DNA from: Chloroflexota bacterium
GTDB lineage: Bacteria; Chloroflexota; UBA6077; JACCZL01
DNA: 64,000 bases
NCBI GenBank assembly: GCA_030447245.1
Contig: JAUJPG010000011.1
Location: 67,079 to 131,078 of the forward strand
Reading direction: 5' to 3'
A model generated the notes under the pieces. It was not told the origin of the DNA. It saw nothing but the letters and a program-made list of their open reading frames with translations, and did not search any database. Positions 56,143 to 64,000 of the stretch are shown piece by piece (position 1 is the stretch's first letter; the number at the start of each line of letters is the position of its first letter). A program made the translations under genes and the position numbers.

Positions 56143-58476
56143 ATGGGAGCGGTCACCGTGTTGGGGTACTTCGGGACGAGCGTCCGGCGGACAGAAGATC
56201 CGCGCTTGCTCACCGGCCGCGGCCGCTATGTTGCCGACATCCGCCGGGTTCACGCGGCGCAGATGGTGGTCGTGCGGAGCCCGCACGCCCATGCGCGAAT
56301 TGCCTCGATCGACGTCTCGCAAGCGCGACGTGCGCCCGGCGTACTGGACGTCGTCACCTTTGAGGATTTCGCGGCGAACGCCCGCTCAATCCCGATCCGA
56401 CTGACGCCGCTGCCCTCGCTCGTCGCCTGCCTCCAGTTCCCGCTGGCACGCGACACGGTGCGCTACGTGGGCGATCCGGTCGCGGCGATCGTCGCCGAGG
56501 ACCGGTACCGGGCGGAGGATGCCCGTGAGCTGATCCAGGTAGAGTACGAGCCGCTGCCGACGGTCGTCAACGCGCCGGCCGGCATCGCCGATGGGGCGCC
56601 GCTGGTCCACCCCGCGATCGGCACGAACGTGGTCGCCGAGTGGGTGCTCGACGTCGGCGACAGCGTCGCGGCGTTCGCGGAGGCGGACGTAGTCATCCGG
56701 GAGGAGCTGCGCGTTCAGCGCCACACCGGCGTCCCGCTGGAGACCCGCGGGCTGCTTGCCGAGTACGACGCCGGACCTGGGGTGCTCACGATGTGGGGCC
56801 CAACCAAGGTTCCACACTTCAACCGTGGCGTGCTGGCCTCCCTGCTAGGCATCCCTGAGCACAAGATTCGCTTCGTCGAACCAGAGGTCGGGGGCGGGTT
56901 CGGCGTGCGCGGCGAGTTCTACCCGGAGGATTTCCTCGTCCCGCTGCTGACCATTCGGCTCGGCCGGCCGGTGGGCTGGGTGGAGGATCGCCTCGAGCAC
57001 CTGCTGGCCACCAATCACTCGCGCGAGCAGATCCACCAGATTGAGCTTGCGCTGCGCGCGGACGGAACGATCCTCGGGATGCGAGATCGCTTTCTGAACG
57101 ATCACGGCGCGTACGTGCGGACGCACGGCGCGACGGTTCCAAAACTAACCTCGGCGCTGCTGCCCGGGCCTTACAAGATACCCGCCTATCAGTGCGTCGT
57201 CGCCTGCGTCCTGACCAACAAGACGCCAACCGGAACGTATCGCGGCCCCGGTCGGTTTGAGGCAACGTTCGTCCGCGAGCGGGCGCTCGATCTGGCGGCC
57301 GAACGGCTCGGACTCGACCCCGCCGAGATCCGGCGACGCAACTTCCTGGCGCCAACCGACATGCCGCATGACCTCGGGACCGGCGCGCTGGACGTGCCGA
57401 TTATTTTCGACAGCGGTGAGTACGACCTCCTCTTCACCAAGGCGCTGAGGCGGTTCGACTATGACGGCTGGCGCGCGCGCCAGGAGGCCGCGCGCGCCCA
57501 AGGCCGGCTGCTGGGCATCGGCATCGGCTACTTCGTCGAGAAGACCGGCCTAGGCCCGTACGAGAGCGCGCGCGTTGAGATTGACTTGACCGGGCGCGTG
57601 GCGCTGTACAGCGGGAACGCGTCAGTCGGGCAGGGCATGGAGACCACGCTCGCCCAAATCTGCGCCGATCGGTTGGGCGTCACGCCCGAGCAGGTGACCG
57701 TTATCCACGGCGACACGGCGCTGGTCCCGCACGGCGGTGGCGCCTTCGCCAGCCGCGGGGCGGTCATGGCTGGCAACGCGGCCGACATCGCGGCCATCCG
57801 TGTCCGCGACAAGCTGCTCCGCGTCGCCGCCGCCGTACTCGAGGTCGCGCCCGAGGATCTGGAGCTGGCTGACGGACGAGTTCGAGTCATCGGCGCGCAG
57901 GACCGGGGGATGGGATTCGCGGAGGCCGCGCGCGCCGCAATGCCCGGTCAGCCGTTGTCGGACCGCATGAGCCCGCTGCTTGACGAGCAAGCCTACTTCG
58001 AGACGAGCCAGATGACCTACCCGTACGGCGTTCATCTGGCGGCCATCGAAGTGGACCGCGAGACGGGGCAGATCGAGATTCTTGCCTACTTGATCGGCTA
58101 CGACGTCGGCCGGGCGATCAACCCCATGTTGGTCGACGGGCAGATCGTCGGGGGGGCGGCCCAGGGCATTGGCGGCGCGCTGCTCGAAGAGCTGGCGTAC
58201 GACGAGACGGGCCAACTGCTCGCCTCGACGTTCATGGATTACCTCCTGCCCACAAGCGCCGAGGTGCCCCCGATTGACGTCCTGATCACCGAGGACGCGC
58301 CTTCGCCGCTCAATCCCCTCGGGATCAAGGGCGCCGGCGAGGGAGGGACGGTTGGGGCCGGCGCGGCGCTGGCGAACGCCGTCGCGGATGCGCTCGGGGT
58401 GCCAGTCTGCGACCTTCCCCTGAGCCCCGATCGCGTCCGCACGTTGCTGCGTGACGTGCGCCGTGGGGATGCTTGA
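56143..58476 (+). CDS. Xanthine dehydrogenase/CoxL-family molybdopterin-binding large subunit
   Basis: Ald_Xan_dh_C/C2 motifs (RTEDPRLLTGRGRYVADI..., GGGFGxR..., AGEGGT near the C-terminus). No adjacent FeS or FAD subunit genes. Confidence 0.85.
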   Translation: MGAVTVLGYFGTSVRRTEDPRLLTGRGRYVADIRRVHAAQMVVVRSPHAHARIASIDVSQARRAPGVLDVVTFEDFAANARSIPIRLTPLPSLVACLQFPLARDTVRYVGDPVAAIVAEDRYRAEDARELIQVEYEPLPTVVNAPAGIADGAPLVHPAIGTNVVAEWVLDVGDSVAAFAEADVVIREELRVQRHTGVPLETRGLLAEYDAGPGVLTMWGPTKVPHFNRGVLASLLGIPEHKIRFVEPEVGGGFGVRGEFYPEDFLVPLLTIRLGRPVGWVEDRLEHLLATNHSREQIHQIELALRADGTILGMRDRFLNDHGAYVRTHGATVPKLTSALLPGPYKIPAYQCVVACVLTNKTPTGTYRGPGRFEATFVRERALDLAAERLGLDPAEIRRRNFLAPTDMPHDLGTGALDVPIIFDSGEYDLLFTKALRRFDYDGWRARQEAARAQGRLLGIGIGYFVEKTGLGPYESARVEIDLTGRVALYSGNASVGQGMETTLAQICADRLGVTPEQVTVIHGDTALVPHGGGAFASRGAVMAGNAADIAAIRVRDKLLRVAAAVLEVAPEDLELADGRVRVIGAQDRGMGFAEAARAAMPGQPLSDRMSPLLDEQAYFETSQMTYPYGVHLAAIEVDRETGQIEILAYLIGYDVGRAINPMLVDGQIVGGAAQGIGGALLEELAYDETGQLLASTFMDYLLPTSAEVPPIDVLITEDAPSPLNPLGIKGAGEGGTVGAGAALANAVADALGVPVCDLPLSPDRVRTLLRDVRRGDA

Positions 58477-58688
58477 TACCTTTGGACGGCCGCTTCGGTG
58501 CCGGGCCACTGCACGGGCTCCCGCGTGACTCGATCCGCTGGTCCCCAGGCGGCATGAGTGAACGCTCGCCTGGCCGAACGCCACGGTCGGCCCGATCGTC
58601 GCTCAACCTCGCCGCATCCGCCCGCGCCCACACTGGCTAATCACTAGCGCGGCCGGCTAGTCCGGATCTGCACGGGGTGGACCTGGTC

Positions 58689-59609
58689 CTATCCATTGGG
58701 ATCCTCGTCCGCGAAGCTCAAGGTGCCGGTCAGGTGATCATGACCGATCACCGTGGGCGGGAACACCGCGGTCGCGTGGGGGAGGTAATCCGCCGGCTGA
58801 GTGAGTTTGGCGCTGAAGTGGGTTAGCCACAGGCGCTTCGCGCCAGCCGCCCTCGCCAGCATGGCGGCCTCGCCGAACAGCATGTGCTTGTTCTCGACGG
58901 CTCGCTCCGCGTCGGCGGGATCGCCGTAGGTGCCCTCGGACACGAGCAGATCGGCTTCAGCCAGGAAGCTCGGCAGCTCAGAGGTCGGTCTGGTGTCGGT
59001 GACGTATGCCAGCCGTAGACCTCGACGGTCCGGTCCGAGCACCTCGTCTGCCGCTACGCTACGGCCCTGCCACTCCACAGCGTCGCCGTGTTGCAGGCCC
59101 TTCCACAACGGCACTGGCAGTCCCAGCGCGCGGGCGCGCGCTGGATCGAAGCGCCGAGCACGCGAAAGATCCACCCGGTAGGCCAGGCAGGGGAGCGCGT
59201 GGTCGACGGCGAGGCACCCCAGCTGGGCGCCTGCCCAGGACATGGTTTCGCCGCCGTTGAGCTCCTGGATGACAACCTCATACGGCAGAACGGGGGCGAC
59301 GGCCCGGAGGCCGCGGACCGCGGCTTCTGTTCCGGTCGGACCGAAGATCGTGAGCGGCTCACTCCTTCCGGCGTTGCCAACGGTCAGCAGCAAGCCGGGT
59401 AGGCCGGCCGCGTGATCGGCATGCAAGTGGCTCAAGCAGATGGTGTCCAGCGCCTTAAAGCCCCAGCCGAGGCGGCGCATGCTGATCTGAGTGCCCTCGC
59501 CGCAGTCGAACAGCAGCATCCGCGTCCCGAGTCGGACCAGCAGGGCCGAGAGCCAGCGATTTGGTAGCGGGAACGCACCGGCGGTGCCGACAAGCGCAAT
59601 GTCGAGCAA
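58689..59609 (-). CDS. rnz: Ribonuclease Z / MBL-fold hydrolase
   Basis: LFDCGEGTQ...LSHLHADHAAGLPGLL. Confidence 0.75.
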   Translation of the reverse strand: MLDIALVGTAGAFPLPNRWLSALLVRLGTRMLLFDCGEGTQISMRRLGWGFKALDTICLSHLHADHAAGLPGLLLTVGNAGRSEPLTIFGPTGTEAAVRGLRAVAPVLPYEVVIQELNGGETMSWAGAQLGCLAVDHALPCLAYRVDLSRARRFDPARARALGLPVPLWKGLQHGDAVEWQGRSVAADEVLGPDRRGLRLAYVTDTRPTSELPSFLAEADLLVSEGTYGDPADAERAVENKHMLFGEAAMLARAAGAKRLWLTHFSAKLTQPADYLPHATAVFPPTVIGHDHLTGTLSFADEDPNG

Positions 59610-59672
59610 AGGATCAGTGAACCAGCATGCGCTCGTCGCCAGGAGGGTCCGCCAGGACGCCGCGGACCGGAG

Positions 59673-60476
59673 TCACGCGCCGCTGAAGCGCGCGGGCCGC
59701 TTCTCTTTGAAGGCGCTGACGCCCTCGCGGAAGTCGGCCGAGCGGCCCGCGACCTCCTGAAGCAGCGCCTCCTGCTCCAGCATTCCGTCCAGGTCTGTCT
59801 CCAGGGCGCGGCTCAACCCGCGCTTGGTCAGTCCGAGCGCCAGGCGAGCGCCGGCGGCAAGCCGGGCGGCCAGCTCAGACGCCGCCGTCGGCAGCTCGTC
59901 CGCCGGCACCAGTCGGCTGACTAGGCCGAGCCGTAGCGCCTCATGGGCATCGATACGCTCGCCGAGCAGGCACAGTTCGAGCGCCTTGGCCAGTCCTACG
60001 ATGCGAGGCAGAGCGTACAGGCTTCCGCAGTCAGGGACGAGCCCGATCTTGACGAACGACTGGACGAAACTGGCTCGATCCGACGCGATCCGAAGGTCGC
60101 AGGCGAGGGCGAGGCTCATGCCGGCCCCGGCCGCGACGCCGTTGACCGAGGCGATGATCGGTTTGTCTAACCGTCGCATGGCAAGGATCAGGCTGTTGTA
60201 GTGCTGGCGAAGCAGGTCCCCGAGCGCTGGTGGCTGGCCTTCAGGCATCAGCTCGTGCGCCATCTTGAGATCCTGGCCGGAGCAGAACGCCGTTCCGGCG
60301 CCCGTCACGACGACGACGCGGATGTTGGCGTCGCGGCGGGCTGCCTTGAGCGCGTCCTCCAGCTCGCGGCTCATCTGCGGGGTGAGGGCGTTGTACACCG
60401 CTGGGCGGTTCAGGGTGATCGTCAAGACCCCGTCGGACACCTCGGAGCGAATCGTCTCGTACGCCACCCCGCTCAC
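59673..60476 (-). CDS. Enoyl-CoA hydratase/isomerase (crotonase family)
   Basis: ECH fold; NGVAAGAGMSLALACD. Confidence 0.85.
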   Translation of the reverse strand: MSGVAYETIRSEVSDGVLTITLNRPAVYNALTPQMSRELEDALKAARRDANIRVVVVTGAGTAFCSGQDLKMAHELMPEGQPPALGDLLRQHYNSLILAMRRLDKPIIASVNGVAAGAGMSLALACDLRIASDRASFVQSFVKIGLVPDCGSLYALPRIVGLAKALELCLLGERIDAHEALRLGLVSRLVPADELPTAASELAARLAAGARLALGLTKRGLSRALETDLDGMLEQEALLQEVAGRSADFREGVSAFKEKRPARFSGA

Positions 60477-60491
60477 CTACCCGCTTCCCAT

Positions 60492-61265
60492 TCAGCGGCC
60501 CTCGTACGTCGGCTTGCGCTTCTCGACAAAGGCGTTGATGCCCTCCTTGCTGTCCTGTGTGCCGAAGAGGAAGAAGAACAGCTTACGCTCGTAGTCGATC
60601 CCCTCGGCGAGGGTGGTCTCGAATGCCTTGATGACCGCTTCCTTCGCGAACCGGAGGGAGATGGGCGGCTTTTCCGCCAACTGGAAGGCGAGCCGCTTCG
60701 CTTCGTCGACCACCAGTTCGGCCGGAACGACGCGGTTGGCCAGGCCGCGCCGCTCGGCCTCGTGGGCATCGATGAAGGCGCCGGTCATGATCAGCTCCAT
60801 CGCCTTGAACTTACCGAGCGTCCGGGTCAGGCGCTGGGTGCCGCCGGCACCGGGGATGAGCCCAACGTTGATCTCCGGCTGCCCGAATCGAGCGGTCTCG
60901 GAAGCAATGATGATGTCGCACTGCATCGCCAGCTCACAGCCGCCGCCCAGGGCAAAGCCGCTGACGGCGGCGATGAGCGGCTTCGAGAGTGCCTTGATCC
61001 GGTCCCAGAGCGCGATCCGGCTGTTCGTCAGCATCGTCACCGATGTCTGGGTCGCGAACTCCTTGAGGTCTGCTCCGGCGGCGAAGACGGTTGGGCCGCC
61101 GGTCAGGACCATCGCCCGAATCGCGTCGTCGTGCTCGAAGTCCTCGAGCGCGGCAACCACTTCCTCCATCAGCGGTCCGCTAAGCGCGTTGAGCTGCTTG
61201 GGACGATTCAGGATGACGATGCCGACCGGTCCGTCACGCTCGGTCAGGATGTACTCGTACGCCAT
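60492..61265 (-). CDS. Enoyl-CoA hydratase (crotonase family)
   Basis: AVSGFALGGGCELAMQCD... Confidence 0.85.
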   Translation of the reverse strand: MAYEYILTERDGPVGIVILNRPKQLNALSGPLMEEVVAALEDFEHDDAIRAMVLTGGPTVFAAGADLKEFATQTSVTMLTNSRIALWDRIKALSKPLIAAVSGFALGGGCELAMQCDIIIASETARFGQPEINVGLIPGAGGTQRLTRTLGKFKAMELIMTGAFIDAHEAERRGLANRVVPAELVVDEAKRLAFQLAEKPPISLRFAKEAVIKAFETTLAEGIDYERKLFFFLFGTQDSKEGINAFVEKRKPTYEGR

Positions 61266-61541
61266 CGATACCTCCGTCGAGCGCCAGCGGGGACGCGCGG
61301 AGGCATGGTAGGCGGTGCCGGATCGACCGTCAAGCGCGCGGCTGCCCGGGCTCGCGATGGCCCAGGGGCCACCTCAGCATGAGCCAGTGCGGGCGCGATG
61401 AGTGCGTTTTCGGGGTGGCAGGTCGAGCGCGGTCACGCTCAACCACTGATGATTGACGCGTTCAAGGCGCACCCGACGGCGCTTCGCGGTGGGCTGTGCG
61501 CTTCGGAGGTCTGCCGTAGAGCCCTGTACAGCGCCGGGATG

Positions 61542-64000
61542 CTAGGCTGTCAATCTCACCGCGATGCGAACCGGTTCGGCCGCCTCGAAACGCCCGCGCA
61601 TGTCTGCATCCGGCAACGCTCCGAGGATTCGCTGTACGGCCGTGCCGGCCTCGGCTGCGAGCGAATCATCTCCATCAACGGCGAGCAACTCGGCCGCGGG
61701 GCGCAGAAACAGCGCCGGGTCACCGACCGGGCGCGCCAGGGTGACCGCCCGACTCAGATCGGCGATCGCCTCCTTCGTGCGTCCCAGGGCCCGCAGCGCT
61801 TGCGCACGGGTGGTGAGGCCGATCACCTGGTACTTCACGCGTTCCCGCGCGCGGCTCCGCTCGATCGCATCACCGGCACACTGCAGCACGTCCTCCCAGT
61901 TGCCTCGCGCCAGGGCGATCTCCGCCCGCGCCTCCGCCAGGCGCAGTCTCCAGAGCCACCCATGCCAGCCGGCCGCCTTCTCGACCGACGCCGCTACCTC
62001 CCCGATCAGCTCCTCGGCACGACCCACTTCCTGCCGCCGCGCCAAGTTCAGGAGCAGGTCGATGCCCGCGCTCACGGCGGGGGGCGCGAAGCTGAGCGAA
62101 CGGGCGAGATCGCGCGCTTCCTCCGCGCGCGCCTCATTGCCCTCGAAGTCCCAGACGTCAAGGTGGAACCCTGCCGAGATGGCAATGGCGCGGGCGAGCA
62201 AGGTGTCGACCCCGTACTCGCGGCCGAACCGTCGCGCTTCTTCGAACACCCACATCGCCTCGTCGTATCGTCCCTGGCCGGCCAGGGCGAGACCCAAATG
62301 CGGGAGCGAGAACATCGTCGCCGTGGTGTGGTTTGCCTCACGCGCGGACTGGACGCCCTCGCCACCGCGCTGAACAGCCTCCTCGAGTCGCCCGAGCCAG
62401 TACAGCGAGAGGGAGAGGTAGGTGTAAACCGGCGCGGGGGGCGCGACGCCGAGCTCATGGCCGCGCGCCAAAGCGCGCTCGCATTGGGCGACGCACGCGG
62501 TCACGTCGCCATCGGCGCCCACGGCCGCGGCCAGCCAGCCGCTGGCGGCCGTCTCGAGGTCGCCCCGCCCCAGGCGCTCCGCCAGTGCGAGCGCCTCCTT
62601 CGCCCACTGACGCACGCTGGACACATCCAGCAGCCACCAGCATACTTCCAGGAGATCGACCAGGACTTCGGCGCGTCGCTCCTGCTGCTGTTCCTCAAAG
62701 CCGTCAAGCGCAGCCTGGAGCTCGCGCCGGGCCTCCGGCCATAGCGCCATGCTCGCGTATGCTTTGCCGCACCGGGCCTGCAGGTCGGCCAGAGCCGTGG
62801 TCCAACCCAGGCGCTCGGCGATCATCAGCGCTCGGTGGTAGTGAGCGAGCGCATCGCGCGCCGCCAGCAGTCGCATGGCGTCATCGCCCGCCGCGAGGCT
62901 GAACCGGAGTGCCGGTTCCTCGAGCCCGGCAGCCACGGCGTGGCGAGCCAGCTGCGCCGCCGGCGCAGTGGCCTGCAACGCCTCCAGTGCCCGACGGTGG
63001 AAGACCCGCTGACGGGCGTCGCCGGCCTCAGCGTAAGCCACATCGCGGATCTTGTCGTGCGTGAAGTAGTAGGTGCCGACGGCAGATCCAGCGCGATCGG
63101 CCTCTGCCTCGCGGAGTAGGTGGGCTCGCACCACCGCATCGGCGGCCAGGAGCGCCTCATCCTCGCTCAGGTTGGCCACCCGACACAGCTGTTCGAAGGT
63201 GAAGTCCTGACCAAGTACGGCTGCCGCGGCCAGGAGCTCACGGGCGGGGCGTGCGAGGCGCGCTAACCGGGTGCGGATGACCTCTCGCATCCCCGGCGGG
63301 AGGACCCCGCCGAGAACTGCCGGGTCTGCCATGCCGGCCCGGGGATCGATCTCCCATTCGCCGTCCTCGCGGACTCGCAGGACCAGGGCTCCCCGCTCCA
63401 GCAGCTCCCTGATAATCTCCACTGCGAAGAAGGGCTGCCCGCTGGTCTCGGCGAAGAGCCACCGCGCGACTCGTTCAAGCTCGGGCCTGGCGGGTCGGCT
63501 CTGCCCCGATCGCCGCACCCGGCCCCCAAACCCTTGCACCAGGTGCAGTGTGTCCTCGACGGTGAGCGGACCGAGGTCGATCTCCGTCGCGGCGAGGTCC
63601 CGCCGCAGGCCCACTAGCCACTCGTCGAGCGCGGGCGTATCGGCCAGTGCTTCCGCGCGCAGGCTAAGTAGCAGCACCACGGGTGCGCCACTCTCCGCCC
63701 AGCGTCGCCCAGTGTAGTGCAGCACGTCCAGCGAGCCCGCGTCCGCCCACTGTACATCGTCGACGAATAACACCAAGGGGGCCCGGCCTGCCAGGGCTTG
63801 GCCCAGCCGAGCGACGGCCTCGAACAGCCGAGTCCGGGCCGCCGCTTCATCACCGGGCGGCACTGGCAGATCGGGGTAGCGGTCGCGCAGCTCCGGCAAG
63901 AGGCGGCCAAGCTCGGTCAGCCAGACGTCGCTCAGCAGGTCCTCCGGGGCGTTCTCGCGGTCCAGGCGCGGACGTAGGGCGTCCACCAGCGGCTGGAAGG
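61542..64000 (-). CDS. STAND-type NTPase/TPR regulatory protein (AfsR/MalT-like), N-terminus beyond window
   Basis: VLFVDDVQWADAGSLDVLHYTG (AAA/NB-ARC arm) followed by long TPR-like helical repeats. The frame is open to the window edge. Confidence 0.6.
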   Translation of the reverse strand, partial: FQPLVDALRPRLDRENAPEDLLSDVWLTELGRLLPELRDRYPDLPVPPGDEAAARTRLFEAVARLGQALAGRAPLVLFVDDVQWADAGSLDVLHYTGRRWAESGAPVVLLLSLRAEALADTPALDEWLVGLRRDLAATEIDLGPLTVEDTLHLVQGFGGRVRRSGQSRPARPELERVARWLFAETSGQPFFAVEIIRELLERGALVLRVREDGEWEIDPRAGMADPAVLGGVLPPGMREVIRTRLARLARPARELLAAAAVLGQDFTFEQLCRVANLSEDEALLAADAVVRAHLLREAEADRAGSAVGTYYFTHDKIRDVAYAEAGDARQRVFHRRALEALQATAPAAQLARHAVAAGLEEPALRFSLAAGDDAMRLLAARDALAHYHRALMIAERLGWTTALADLQARCGKAYASMALWPEARRELQAALDGFEEQQQERRAEVLVDLLEVCWWLLDVSSVRQWAKEALALAERLGRGDLETAASGWLAAAVGADGDVTACVAQCERALARGHELGVAPPAPVYTYLSLSLYWLGRLEEAVQRGGEGVQSAREANHTTATMFSLPHLGLALAGQGRYDEAMWVFEEARRFGREYGVDTLLARAIAISAGFHLDVWDFEGNEARAEEARDLARSLSFAPPAVSAGIDLLLNLARRQEVGRAEELIGEVAASVEKAAGWHGWLWRLRLAEARAEIALARGNWEDVLQCAGDAIERSRARERVKYQVIGLTTRAQALRALGRTKEAIADLSRAVTLARPVGDPALFLRPAAELLAVDGDDSLAAEAGTAVQRILGALPDADMRGRFEAAEPVRIAVRLTA

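Noticed and set aside
1-64000. Alternative genetic code (TGA sense) to explain in-frame TGAs
   Set aside because: Many well-supported genes in the window terminate with TGA at the expected family C-terminus (e.g. tldD, hbd, fdnH). TGA is therefore a stop in general.
1-64000. CRISPR arrays, rRNA genes, large tandem repeats
   Set aside because: None seen. The only repeats are the 38-bp att pair, the IS terminal repeats, the GTTTACC triple and short palindromes.

Overview
This is a high-GC (~70%) bacterial chromosomal segment with Chloroflexi/Actinobacteria-like gene content; the gene products and the codon usage are what suggest that taxon. Most of it is housekeeping and metabolic genes: the formate dehydrogenase FeS and membrane subunits (5' partial), pfkA, a Sir2 deacetylase, tldD/tldE, TrkA-type K+ regulators, a tungsten-type aldehyde:ferredoxin oxidoreductase with a MoaD-like protein, a peptide/nickel ABC importer with two tandem paralogous binding proteins, a GAF histidine kinase plus OmpR-type regulator, ferredoxin, hbd, folC, trmD, glmU, long-form ispG, an XDH/CoxL-family molybdoenzyme subunit, RNase Z, two crotonases and three tRNAs (Thr, Ser, Gln).

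The most notable observation is a DUF393/DCC-family thiol-disulfide oxidoreductase (complement 34481..34855). Both cysteines of its conserved redox motif 'CxxC' are encoded by in-frame TGA, giving a candidate 'UxxU' selenoprotein. SECIS-like hairpins follow the TGAs. The gene is translationally coupled to a Tat-exported class-V PLP enzyme. The formate dehydrogenase subunits at the start of the window imply the organism has selenocysteine machinery.

Other findings:
- A decayed ~6.2 kb genomic island sits at tRNA-Thr, bounded by 38-bp direct repeats. It carries an integrase remnant, a frameshifted IS with terminal inverted repeats, two ABM-barrel proteins and small secreted or membrane proteins.
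- A HicB antitoxin pseudogene with an internal TAA lies on the other side of the same tRNA.
- A second IS (IS982-like, with 13-bp terminal inverted repeats) carries a decayed transposase.
- At least eight single-base indels in G/C homopolymer runs disrupt the aldehyde:ferredoxin oxidoreductase gene, an LpqC-type esterase and a dienelactone hydrolase. This looks like sequence error or very recent decay.
- Triple GTTTACC direct repeats lie in the divergent promoter between the two-component system and the ferredoxin gene.

No CRISPR array or rRNA was seen.
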